From: Octopus sinensis
Taxonomy: Eukaryota
Direction of reading: 5' to 3'
Assembly (NCBI RefSeq): GCF_006345805.1
Contig: NC_043005.1
Location: 58,652,001-58,716,000, forward strand
DNA: 64,000 nt
Positions 40,495 to 51,939 of this stretch are shown one piece after another; the stretch's first letter is position 1, and each line of letters begins with the position of its first letter. The position numbers were made by a program, and so were the translations under genes. The notes beneath the pieces were generated by a model. It did not search any database and was not told the origin of the DNA. It saw nothing but the letters and a program-made list of their open reading frames with translations.

Positions 40495-41574
40495 TTTGTA
40501 GAAAACATAAATCCAGTGTAGAAACGTATTCTAAGATGTAGAGTAGTATAATTTTTTACTGGGGAAAGCTGGTTTATGGGATTATCCTGAGTTTCCCGTC
40601 CATAAAAGGCTTAACTTTATGGCATAATGTCAGACCCCAAAACCTGTTGGCCTAAGACCTCTTCAAAATATGGATGGGGAAAGGCCTTGGTACAAATGTA
40701 AAACAAGGGGATTATCTCCCTTTGCCATTGACCCTCGACTATCGACTTCTGGCTGTGCTGTCGACATGTGGTCTCCAAAAAGCTATGAAGGTATACAATA
40801 GGGGATTATCGCCCTTTGCCATTAGCTATCAACTTCTGGTTGTGCAGCCAGCTTGTGGATTCCAAAATGCCAGCAGGAATTTCCTAAAGTGCAAACATGG
40901 CCCGAATATCTCTGTTCTGGGGTTAAAGATGCTCCCTGGCTTGAGCAACTTTTTTAGGATTCTCACACATTCAGCCCCAGCTTCAGCATCAACAGCAACA
41001 ACAACAGCAGCACCATTGGTGACAGCAGCAACAACAACAGCAACAGTAACCAGTGCAACACCGACATCATGTGCCCATGGAAATACATTGGACGTACTAG
41101 GAATTCTCTCAAGCAATGCATTTCCAATCATAAATCCCCCTTCAGGGTTCCAGAAACGAGATATATAACATTGCTGGCCAGTCATGTCTGGCAACTAAGA
41201 GATGATGGAATCCCACACTTGATCTCATGGAAGGTCCTCGAAAACTCAGGCCCCCACATCAATGGGATGAAGCACTGGAAGCTATGTGTAGTTGAACATG
41301 TGAGAATCCTAAAAAATGTGCTCGAGCCAGGGAGCATCTTTAACTCCAGAATGGAGACTTTTGGCCTGTGTTTGCACTTTAGGAAATTCCTGCTAGCGTT
41401 TTGGAATTCACAAGTTGGCAAAGGGTTTTACATTCATAGGCCTTTCCCTCGCTCCATATTTTGAAAAGGTCTTAGGTCAGCAGGTCTTGGGGTCAGATGA
41501 GACACCATAGAGTTAAACCCTTTATGGACTGGAAACTCAGGGTAATCCAATAAACCACCCTTCCTTAGTAAAAC

Positions 41575-41575
<1 letters not shown>
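40493..41575 (+). mobile_element. Penelope-like retroelement: 5'-truncated GIY-YIG region with an inverted upstream pseudo-LTR
   Basis: ORF 41069-41464 KYIGRTRNSLKQCISNHK..LASHVWQL..ISWKVLE..LC..E..ILK..FNSRME..CLHFRKFLL. 40555-40975 is an inverted copy of about 41300-41575. Confidence 0.85.
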
Positions 41576-41606
<31 letters not shown>

Positions 41607-41934
41607 GCGTGTGTGGTGTGTGTGTCTGTGTTTATCCTCCTATCATCGTTTGACAACCAATGTTGGCATGTTTACGTCCCTGTAGCTTAGCAGTTTGGCA
41701 AAATGAGACCAATAGAATAAATACTAGGCATACAAAGAATAAGTTCTGGGGTCAATTTCTTTAACTGAAGGTGGTGCTCCAGCATGGCTGCAGTCATATG
41801 ACTGAATCAAGTAAAAGAGTAAAAGAGAGAGAGAGAGAGAGAGTTACCACATCAAAAAAAAAGAATACACACACACACACATTTAAATATACAAACACAT
41901 ATTTATGCACACACACACACATATATATATATAT

Positions 41935-41961
41935 AGGTAGGTAAGTAGGTAGGTAGGTAGG

Positions 41962-42044
<83 letters not shown>

Positions 42045-42045
42045 G
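41935..42045. repeat. (TAGG)/(TAGA)n tetranucleotide microsatellite
   Basis: Direct reading. Similar (TCTA)n arrays lie at 23728-23845 and 24011-24090. Confidence 0.95.
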
Positions 42046-43034
42046 TAAATCAATAGATAAAAAGAGGTGCTCCAGCATGGCCACACTCAAATGACTGAAA
42101 CAAGTAAAAGAGTAAAAGCGTAAATCAATAGATAAATAGATAGATCAATAGATATAGAGAAATAGATATGTACATAGCTACATATGTAGTCTGGTTGGAG
42201 GTAGGCAGGAAATTAGAAAGAAAGACAAATTGATAGACAGACAGGCATGCAGGCAAACAGGCAGACAGACAAACAGACAAGTAGGTAGGTAGGTAGGTAG
42301 GTAGGTAGGTAAGTTGGTAGGTAAGTAGGAAGTTAAGAATGTTGGTAGGTAAATAAGTAGATAGTTAGATTGATCAACAGCCATATAGATTGCCAAGAAT
42401 GTGTCTTTTGAAAATGAAACAATGTTGAAAAACTGTACCATGACAGATTGTCTAAGCACTGAAAGGTTTTGAAGAGTTAACAAACCTTTAACAACTTGGC
42501 CTACTTTGTGATACTTTGTAACACTATCACTACTAAAAAGTTTGGAAGAATTTTTTTTTCTTTTTTCCAAATTTAAAAGAGGAAAAAATGTTGAAGACTG
42601 ATTAAATGCAAAATAGGAAGGAATGGTTTAATATCGGGAATATTTTCATTGGAATTTATCGAAATCTCGTCGTTGTTATTAAGGAAAGCATTTTGTCAGA
42701 ATCCAATATTTTACTAATTGGTTCAATTCAACAAACATGATGATTGTTCTGATTCAAATAAGGCTCTTCATGTCCATTAACCTGAGGAAAGGGGAAAAGC
42801 GGATATAACTGGGTGAAGCTATTATTTGCAGCAATATCCAGTGTGAATTGTTGTGGTTTACTGACAAGAAGTAGTATCGGTGGTGGTGGTGGTGGTGGTG
42901 GTGGATGTGGAGGTGTGGGTGAGAAGAGGTGAGGGTTTAAGTGGGTTATATGTATGCAGCAAAATAAAGGGGATTTTTTGGTATTTGGTACATAAGATAG
43001 AATTGTTTCAAGAAATGAATAACCTAGAAATGCT

Positions 43035-43560
43035 ATCATCATCATCGTCGTCGTCATCGTCATCATCATCGTCATCATCATCGTCATCATCATCACCACC
43101 ATCATCATAATATTCATCATCATTGTCGTCGTCGTCGTCTTCGTCATCATCGTCATCATCGTCATCATCATCATCATCGTCATCATCATCATCATCATCA
43201 TCGTCATCATCATCATCGTCATTATCATCGTCATCATCATCATCATCTTCATTATCATCATTGTTGTTTTCCTTATTGTCACCATTGTTATTGACGTTGT
43301 CATTGTTACTGTCTTCATCTTCATTGTTGTTTTTGTCACTAACATCATCATCATCATCATCATCATCTCTGTCCGCCTCCACCTCCCCTTGTTCCTCCTC
43401 CTCACTGTCGTCGGCGTCATCATCATCATCATCATCATTATCATAATTGTAATCATCTTTATCATCATCGCTGTTATAGATTTTGTCATCTTTACTGTCT
43501 TCACCTCTGTCATTGTCATTCTTTTTGTCATCATTGTCCATCGTCATCATCATCATTGTC
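43035..43560. repeat. (CAT)/(CGT)-rich triplet microsatellite
   Basis: Direct reading. Source of the poly-Asp, poly-Met and poly-Ser ORFs. Confidence 0.9.
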
Positions 43561-44658
43561 ATGATTCTTACATATCTACTTTCTGTGTTGTTGTGGTCAG
43601 CACAGGTTATCAGAATCCAAATCAGTTGTTACAGGAACCCATTTTCCTTACAGACTAGCACTTGCACGTTCTATACTGGTTTTACTTCTACTGCTGTATG
43701 TCCTTTCTATCACCAACTTTTCAGAGTGCACTGTGTGCATTTCGTACTGGCACCAGTACCATAGGGGTTGTCATGTCCTTGGAAAGATAAATTTAAGTGT
43801 CCTCTCAACCCTATGATTTCTCCATTTATTTCGGTTTTATTATGTCATCATCAATAAAACATAGACTTCACTATAATTGCTACACTTGTTATATGAGAAT
43901 CACTATTTGATTCTCATATTACATCAAGAACATGTACCGGCTGGTGTAGGAAAATGGAATTATTTAGCAAATAAGTAGTTAAGAGACCCATCCATAAGAA
44001 AAGCTATAGTTATGTTATTTATGCTAACATATTTAATGTAAGGTGAATTAGAAATCTAATTATAAGTAATTAGGTGGTGAAAAAAAGTATTTGGTGATGT
44101 CTCACATTAATTTTATTTTTCCGGAATAAGACAAATATGTTTGAAATTCTGTTTCCCAGATAGATGAAGATAATATATGCTATTAGCTAATATTGCTTTT
44201 TCCTCACTGGGAAATTACTTCTAGTCAATTTTTTAATGTCCCTTACACTAAATATCAGATTTAGCAAGTAGCATCATGAAGTTAATTGCCTTCTCTCATA
44301 TCATATTTACATTAAAAAAAATCTAAATTTTCACTCATTTAGTTAGTCTCTACATTATATGAGGTGCTGTACTAACATAATTAATACCTCAGAAAAAAGT
44401 AGTAAGTTGGATCACTATAAGCAAAATATCTTAGCATAACTAGGAATTTCAGTGACTGACCCTTCCTTCAGGGGCAGAATACACTTCAGCCCCTAACCAT
44501 TGTTAATGGTCTACAAAGCTAAAGTGAGGACCACAAAGGAGTATTGATATTACATCTGGGATAGTGCTTTTGCATACATTTATAATAGCCTCTCGATTCT
44601 GAGAAAGACAGTTCTGTAATTTCATGTTGAACAACCTTTGATTCAACAAGAACACAAA

Positions 44659-44894
44659 CGCAAAGGTGGTGAGTTGGCAGAAACGTTAGCACGCTGGGCG
44701 AAATGCTTAGCAGTATTTCGTCTTCTGCTGCATTCTGAGTTCAAATTCCGCCGAGGTCGACTTTGCCTTTCATCCTTTCGGGGTCGATAAATTGAGTACA
44801 AGTTATGCACTGGGGTCGATGTAATTGACTTAATCCCTTTGTCTGTTTTTGTTTGTCCCCTCTATGTTTAGCCCCTTGTGGGCAATAAAGAAAT
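44659..44894 (+). mobile_element. Family A SINE with 11-bp TSD
   Basis: TSD AAGAACACAAA at 44648-44658 and 44895-44905. Confidence 0.9.
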
Positions 44895-45304
44895 AAGAAC
44901 ACAAATTATTTATTTACTGTAATCAAATGGTTAGTTCACTCTGTCCACTGCAATGACATTACTTGTATGGGTGCATGGTGTGCCACACATCAGATGTCAC
45001 AGTGATCATAGAGCAATGTGAGATGAACTGTTTCACTCAAGAACTCAACACATCACTTGGTCCAGGAATCAAATCTACAATCTGATAATCACGAGTACAG
45101 CACTGTAACAACTTGGCCACATGCTCTCATGCAAACATAGATATCTGCATTCAGAAATGGGCCACTTGACTGATTGGCTTAGAATCACAGACAGGCACAC
45201 TCTAGTCTCTGGCTCACGGGTGTGCTGCCTCCTCTCCTTGCCTTTTCTACCACAGCTTCATGGTATTCTTTTTATTCTAGTTTCATTTACACCAGAATAT
45301 ATTT

Positions 45305-45623
45305 GTTAAGATATTTTGTGTTTTACAAGCTTATATATGTATATTTATTTAATTATTTTATTGTTTTTATCTTGGACCTGAAGAGTGACTATATTTAAAT
45401 TGAATTGATTTTACTGTTACCGGTTTTTAAATATAGCTACGAAACATGTGTAGTCCTTTTACCAATTATATACTTGTTATTTATCATTTTGTACATTACT
45501 TAATCATTGGTATATGTTTTTATCTTATATTTAATTTTTTTTCCATATGGTATAATTTAATTATTTCATTGTTGAATCGATAAAAGGTAGTTTTTTTCTA
45601 ATCTATATACATTTATTATATTT

Positions 45624-45625
<2 letters not shown>
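45305..45625 (+). mobile_element. PLE pseudo-LTR-like AT-rich element
   Basis: Contains the HHR below, is homologous to 38760-39050, and ends in (TA)n. Confidence 0.6.
45374..45456 (+). ncRNA. Type I hammerhead ribozyme, intact core
   Basis: GGAC-CTGAAGA-G[TGACTATATTTAAA...TTTAAATATAGCTA]C-GAAAC-ATGT-GTA^GTCC. Stem I GGAC/GTCC; 15-bp stem II with G10.1-C11.1; self-complementary ACATGT in stem III; predicted cleavage after 45452. Confidence 0.8.
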
Positions 45626-45663
<38 letters not shown>

Positions 45664-46257
45664 TATACATGACGGGCTTCTTTCAGTTTTCGTTTACGAA
45701 ATCCACTCACAAGGCTTTAGTCAGCCCAAAGCTATAGTAGAAGGCACTAGCCCAAGATGCCACATAGTGGGACTGAAACCGGAACTATGTGGTTGAGAAG
45801 CAAGCTACTTACCACACACCCGCTCCTATGATATACAATCGTTTTCAATAAAATGTGCATTATAACCTTCTTTTTTTTTTTTTAGAAAAGTAATTGCTTA
45901 AATGCTTACCATAGCTGGATTAATTATTGATTCAAGCAGCTGCTGCTTTCCAGTCAATTGTATTTTAATCAACAGCTTTGATAAATTGACACCAAACTTG
46001 TATAAGTCAAATCTTTGCAACCCCGCCCTCCCTCCACACTCAAAGACATACACACGCACAAACGCATACATTTCACAGGTTAGTGAAATATGGTGTATTC
46101 AATTAAGAAGATGGTGGAAAATGAATTTCATTTCATTTATGCACCTGCACTGTGTAGCAAGTTTTGATCAATGAACCTCTACACACTTTGGTCAACTTTT
46201 GTGCATGCACTATTGGTAGTTGTACTGGCTACGCATGTTTCTTTTATATAATGAAGT

Positions 46258-46259
46258 AC

Positions 46260-46326
<67 letters not shown>

Positions 46327-46447
46327 GTATGTATATATATTATATATGTATGTATATATATATATATGTATTATATATATTATATATATATATATTATAT
46401 ATATATATATGTATATGTATGTATGTATATATATATATATATGTATG

Positions 46448-46483
<36 letters not shown>

Positions 46484-46507
46484 ATATTATATATATGTAT
46501 ATGTATG

Positions 46508-46576
<69 letters not shown>

Positions 46577-46599
46577 GTATATATATATATATATGTATG

Positions 46600-46647
<48 letters not shown>

Positions 46648-46670
46648 GTATGTATGTATATATATGTATA

Positions 46671-46731
<61 letters not shown>

Positions 46732-46790
46732 GTATATATGTTTATATAGACACACACACACACACATATACACACACATACACACATCTA
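46258..46790. repeat. Long (TA)/(TATG) microsatellite
   Basis: Direct reading. Similar blocks at 15324-15600, 17885-18050 and 46860-47160. Confidence 0.95.
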
Positions 46791-46925
46791 AAAATACAGA
46801 TGAGTGGACAAATAAACGAAAGTGGTATTGTGCATTCAGTAACAGTTACATACTTATTTAATAAAAGTATATGTGTGTGTGTTTTTGTGTGTATGTGTGT
46901 AAATGTGTGTACAGTGTGTATTTAT

Positions 46926-46958
<33 letters not shown>

Positions 46959-47010
46959 TATATATACGCGCGTGTGTGTGTGTGTGTGTGTACACATATA
47001 TATATATATG

Positions 47011-47046
<36 letters not shown>

Positions 47047-47807
47047 TATATATATGTGTGTACATATATACATGTATGTATGTATGTATGTATGTATGTA
47101 TGTGTGTATGTATGTATGTATGTATGTATTTATGTAAGTATGTGTGTATGTATGTGTTTAATATACTTTTATAAATTAAGAAACATGTTCAGTCAAGCAA
47201 AGTTACTAGACTGTTTCTTGTGAAATCATGCTTCTCTGGGCAGAAAATACAATTAAATATTCATCAAAGATACTGATAATGAAGTATAGCCAGGGCTTTC
47301 CTTCTACTGAAGGTGCAAATACCACAAAAGTTTTTTTTTAAATCTAAAAAAAAAAAATATCTGGTTATGCCAAAGTTCATTGATACAAATAAACTGTTTT
47401 GTTTCAGCAAAACTGGAATGAAAAATTGGTGACATGATGCTGGAAACTTTTGCAGTTGCTATTTTTATTTAGTCTAAGAATAATTTATCAGTTTTTAATT
47501 GTGGTTTTTGATGAGGCCAAGTAGGTTTTGCTGAAGCCAAGCAGCATAACCTGATGCTAATATCTGCAACACCAGTGTAAAAATCTCTGGCTATATTGCA
47601 CTGGTCAACAAGGTCTGATGATTGCCTAATCATATTTTCCACTCAGGGAAGCATGATTTCATAAAACTACTCTTTAACTTTTTGCTTGTCTGAATATGGT
47701 TCTTAATTTATATTACTGCAATAAAATTTGGCCTGTCTTTTATTTTATACTGAGTCTGCTCATTTTCCTGATCTATAAACCCACCTTGGACAGGTATATA
47801 TATATAT

Positions 47808-48035
47808 AGTTAATCCAAACAAGAAAACACAAAAAAACAAAAAAACACAGCAACGCGAGGACGTGGAACAAATAAAGTATTATTGGATGCTCAGGAAAGA
47901 AGGGAAGAAGGAGGGTTTAACGTTTCAAGCGGAGCTCTTCGTCAGAAACATAGGAGAAGGAAAGATCCCGAGAAGGGAAGACAGAGGGAAAAAAATCGCC
48001 AGCGGTACTCACGAGGTCCCATATTGAAAGGTCAC
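47808..48035 (-). mobile_element. Family E PLE-related short element
   Basis: Homologous to 16741-16920; (TA)n on both sides. Confidence 0.7.
47915..47949 (-). ncRNA. Minimal (dimer-type) hammerhead ribozyme motif
   Basis: GTTT-CTGACGA-A-GAGC-TCC-GCTT-GAAAC-GTT^AAAC. Stem I GTTT/AAAC; stem III reduced to the palindrome ACGT. Confidence 0.65.
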
Positions 48036-48049
48036 ATATATATCTATAT

Positions 48050-48557
48050 ATATAAAACTGTAGTTGTGTGAGTGTCTGTCCCCTTCGATGTAGATTCCAA
48101 ACTACTCCCACATTTTGCAATGCAGTTTAACCAAATTCGGGTATCTTATAGTCGTTATTCATATCGAGCCCGTCTGGGTATTAGCGCGCGTCTACGATAA
48201 GTCTACGATTTTTAAAATAATTTAACATAATTTTTTATTCCATTTTAATGCATATTTTTTCGTGTGTCGATGGCGGCGGAGTTGGCGTCCATGGTCACAC
48301 CTGCACCTGTGTTGCTTCTCCCCCTTCTTCCCTCCCTCATGAAGCTGTGGGGAAGGGAGTGTAAGGAAATCAACGTCGTAAAGCGTTGTCAAGGAGACCA
48401 GCGTTCTTTTAGAACAACGACTTCATGGCTTGAAGACACCAAAACAGAAATGGCTAAGAAAGCCCGAATTGGTATCTATAAGGGAAGTAACTCTCTAAAA
48501 ATGCTTATATAGTTATTTCCCTTACAAACCCGAGCAACGCCGGGCGATACTGCTAGT
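48050..48557 (-). mobile_element. Helitron/Helentron-like non-autonomous element with an internal ~220-bp extra segment
   Basis: Reverse complement starts ACTAGCAGTATCGCCCGGCGTTGCTCGGGTTTGTAAGGG, identical to 55558. 48262-48480 is absent from the 55558 copy. Confidence 0.6.
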
Positions 48558-48573
48558 ATATATATATAATATA

Positions 48574-49477
48574 TTGGGTTGGTAAAAAAAGTTTGTAGTG
48601 TTTTTTAAATGAAATCCATTAACAATATTTAGATATTTGTACATCCCTTTTATTCAACCACATATTTGCCATTTTGTTCCACTACCTTTCCTCATCTTTG
48701 AGGCAGCTTCATGATCCCATCCTCCCATAACCTGGCATCTTTCTGGGTCATGGACTGGTCTAAGTAGTTTTTACACTCTTTTAAAGAATTGAACTTCTTC
48801 TCATTAAGAGAATTATGCTGGGATCAGAATAAATGATTTTCTGAAGGTGCAAAGTTAGGTGAGTATGGTGAGTGGGGTAGGACATCCCACTCAAGCTGCA
48901 CCAATTTCTGCCTGGTCTGCAAAGAAATGTGCCACCTAGTGTTGACCTGATGTAAGACAACACTCTTTAAGTTGGCCAATTCTGAATGTTTTTTACCAAT
49001 TGCCTCCTTTGATTGGTCTAATTGAGAACAATAATAGTCTGAATTTAACATCTGATTTTGTGGAAGTAGCTTCGGTAATATACAATGCCCGTTCAATCCC
49101 ACCACATATAGAGTATCACCTTCTTCAGATACAGACCAGCTGAAAATGGTTCATTTCGTTTTATGTTTTAAATAATCCATTTCTCATCACGCACGATCAT
49201 TCTATTCAAAAATGAATAATTTTTGTTTCGTCTGAACAGAGAATTGCAGATGAAAATGCACGCTATTATTTTTTTTCTGTTAAGTCATGAGGCACCCAAA
49301 CATCATAGTGATTCACATAACCAAATGTTTTTGAATGCTTAATAAGGCTCACATGAGAAACATGGAGAATCTCTGTGATGTCTTGCTTTTTGTGACATGG
49401 ATTTTATTTTTTATTAAAGTCCCGATTTGTTCATTATCAATGACTGTAGGCCTGCTGGAATGTTCATGATCTTCCAG
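48574..49477 (-). mobile_element. Decayed mariner element (cecropia/Hsmar1-like), 3' portion
   Basis: TA|TTGGGTTGGTAAAAAAAGTTTG terminus. ORF 48824-49105 LLPQNQMLNSDYYCSQLDQ..VVLHQVNTRWHISLQTRQKL..WDVLPHSPYSPNFAPSENHLF. Confidence 0.85.
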
Positions 49478-49929
49478 AATTAATAGTCAAGACTATTTAA
49501 GCATCTTATCTGATCAAATTGATCCTATGGTTGCGGAATTGTTTCTGGAGGGAAATGCAATCTTTCAAGATGATAAAGCGCTGATACACACAGCTAAAGT
49601 TGTTACTGAATGGCATGAGGAACATTCTAGTGACGTTGAACATCTTATCTGACCATCACAGTCCCCAGATGTCAATATTATTGAACATTTATGGTGCATT
49701 TTAGAAAAACAAGTAAGGAGTTGATATCCTCCACTATCATCACTACAAGAACTGGAAAATGTTTTGGCTGAAGAATGGACAAAAATTCCTTTGGAAACAA
49801 TTCAAACTTTGTATGAATCGATATCTCATAGAATTCAAGCTGTAATTACTGCCAAAGGCAGTTCTACCCCATATTAAAATAAATTTGTTTGAAATTTTAA
49901 GGCGTTGCCATTATTTTGTTCAACCCCTG
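49478..49929 (+). mobile_element. Tc1-like (DD34E) transposon 3' fragment
   Basis: NSQDYLSIL..IFQDDKALIHTAKVV..PSQSPDVNIIEHLWCILEKQV..IQAVITAKGSSTPY*, then TIR ...TTATTTTGTTCAACCCCTG|TA. Confidence 0.9.
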
Positions 49930-50229
49930 TATTTAGTATTGCTGTTCACTTGTGTCCAAGGAAGGCCATCATTACCTATTGTGACCAGTGTGTGCTCAGA
50001 CAAATTTATACTTTGCACTTGTGGCTTTACAGGTAACTAACGAACCTAGCTTTTGATAAACATACATTTCTACTGATATTGCAGACCAAGCTTTCCCTAT
50101 TCATCAGACTGGTGGTGAATTTTTGAGCATCTTGCTGAAATTCTGCATGAAAAAGGCACGATATTTTGTCAAAAATATCCAAGGACATACATGCTTACAC
50201 ACACACTCACACACGCACATACACACACA

Positions 50230-50276
<47 letters not shown>

Positions 50277-50703
50277 TATACATATACACACACACAGATA
50301 CATACATATGTACATCCATGCATACTTACAGACAAACACATACACACACATATACATATTAACATGCATGTATGTGTGTGTATATGTACACATGTACATA
50401 CATACATACATACAAACATACATGCATACGCTTTAATGAGATAGAGAAGTTCAAATGCAAACAGGTGAATAATGAATGAATACAACTAATCCGAGGAATT
50501 AATATAAACAGAAGAAAATAGTGCACAACAACAAATCTTGTCTTTTAAGGAAATGATTGCTTTATTGAATTATTATGCATGTCCAAACAACAAGAATCAA
50601 AACAATAATGTGTACATGCATTTATAACATGTTTTGTCAGACTGAAACATGAAATAGGATTTTTCACTGTTGGATTTCCTCTGAAAGAATGATTTCTCCC
50701 TAG

Positions 50704-50786
50704 AGACGATGCATGTAAATAAGACACACACTCCGAGTAGTGTCACTGGACTATCAGACACCCCATCAGTGATAGACACAACCTGA
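50704..50786 (+). CDS. Candidate terminal coding exon
   Basis: Acceptor gatttctccctag. Reads TMHVNKTHTPSSVTGLSDTPSVIDTT*; S/T/P-rich like the 5455 candidate. Confidence 0.25.
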
Positions 50787-50929
50787 TTCCTTGGAGATTA
50801 ACTGTGGACAACTGTTCTTCACTACAGAAATCAGGGCGATCATTCGGTGTATAAGTAACATAACTGCCAATTATAAACCCACGTGGGTTTATTTACATTT
50901 CTGAAGAAAAAAGAAACCCTTGCCCCCAC

Positions 50930-50959
50930 CCCTAATCCTAACCCTAACCCTAACCCTAA
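50930..50959 (-). repeat. Short interstitial telomere-type (TTAGGG)5
   Basis: CCCTAA TCCTAA CCCTAA CCCTAA CCCTAA. Confidence 0.85.
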
Positions 50960-51294
50960 CCCCACATATATATAAAAAAAAAATTTACGGAAAGTGACGA
51001 TCTTCTTCTTCAAATGTAAACAAATAGACGTAATGTAAAAACGGTACTCATATCGAAAGAATGCCGAAATCAGCAAACAAATATTTGCTGATGCATGCTT
51101 AGACCTACAGGCTGATACTAATTTATCATGGGCATGCAAAACAGGAAGACTAAGATAAAACAATGTTTACATTATACATTCTTAACATATTCTGGTTGAC
51201 TTAAATGTGAACTTAGCTTTTCATTGTTGGCCTTTTTCTCAGAGAAACCTTTTCTTTAAATGTATGTATAGTACACATATGTTTCGATGTTTAA

Positions 51295-51397
51295 CCTATT
51301 AGCATTCAGATTATTCTGTCAAAATGTGATGCTTATTCATTCACATTGTTTTGAATCAATTTTGCATTATCTCAAAGCTTTGAGATTTTGATGTGGT

Positions 51398-51434
<37 letters not shown>

Positions 51435-51939
51435 TCTTTTACTTGTTTCAGTCATTTGACTGTGGCCATGCTGCAGCACCACCTTTAGTCGAGCAAATAA
51501 ACCCCAGGACTTATTCTTTGTAAGCCTAGTACTTATTCTATTGGTCCCTTTTGCTGAATCGCTAAGTTATGGGGATGTAAACACACCAGCATCAGTTGTC
51601 AAGTGATGTTGGGGAGACAAACACAGACACACAAACACATACACACATACACATATATACATATATATGATGGGCTTCTTTCAGTTTCTGTCTACCAAAT
51701 TCACTCACAAGGCTAGAGACTAGAGTAGAAGACACTTGCCCAAGGTGCCACGCAGTGGGACTGAACCCGGAACCATGTGGTTGGTAAGCAAGCTTCTTAT
51801 CACACAGCCACACCTACACCTAACTGTTAATTTTTAGAATGATATTGTAGGGTTGGTGTGAGAGGCCAAATCTGGTCAGTTTGAACATAAAGCAGGTAAA
51901 ATGTTGTGGCTGTCTATGGCCAGTTTAAATGCTTGAAGG
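51295..51939. mobile_element. piggyBac-like MITE interrupted by a family B SINE (about 51400-51820)
   Basis: TTAA at 51291-51294 and 51940-51943. The two halves match 18130-18386. Confidence 0.7.

Noticed and set aside
42728-43562. 268-aa poly-Met/Thr and 184-aa poly-Asp ORFs
   Set aside because: They come from the (CAT)n microsatellite. The non-repetitive tail (..VNGHEEPYLNQNNHHVC*) has a good acceptor but no other support.
43570-43790. Signal-peptide-like open frame on + (LARSILVLLLLLYVLS..)
   Set aside because: The opposite strand resembles a decayed LINE RT C-terminus (..EKLVIERTYSS..KW..TTDL..), which is the simpler explanation.
46164-47223. YI/CV-rich ORFs here and at 15.2-15.6, 17.7-18.1, 33.3-34.0 and 50.1-50.5 kb
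   Set aside because: (TA)n and (TG)n repeats lack stops in some frames; these are not genes.
47540-47640. Minus-strand frame ENMIRQSSDLVDQCNIARDFYTGVADISIR
   Set aside because: The candidate acceptors lack a pyrimidine tract and there is an in-frame stop just upstream.
50076-50112. CTGATGA..GAAAG on the minus strand
   Set aside because: There is no stem II, and stems I and III do not pair; a chance match.
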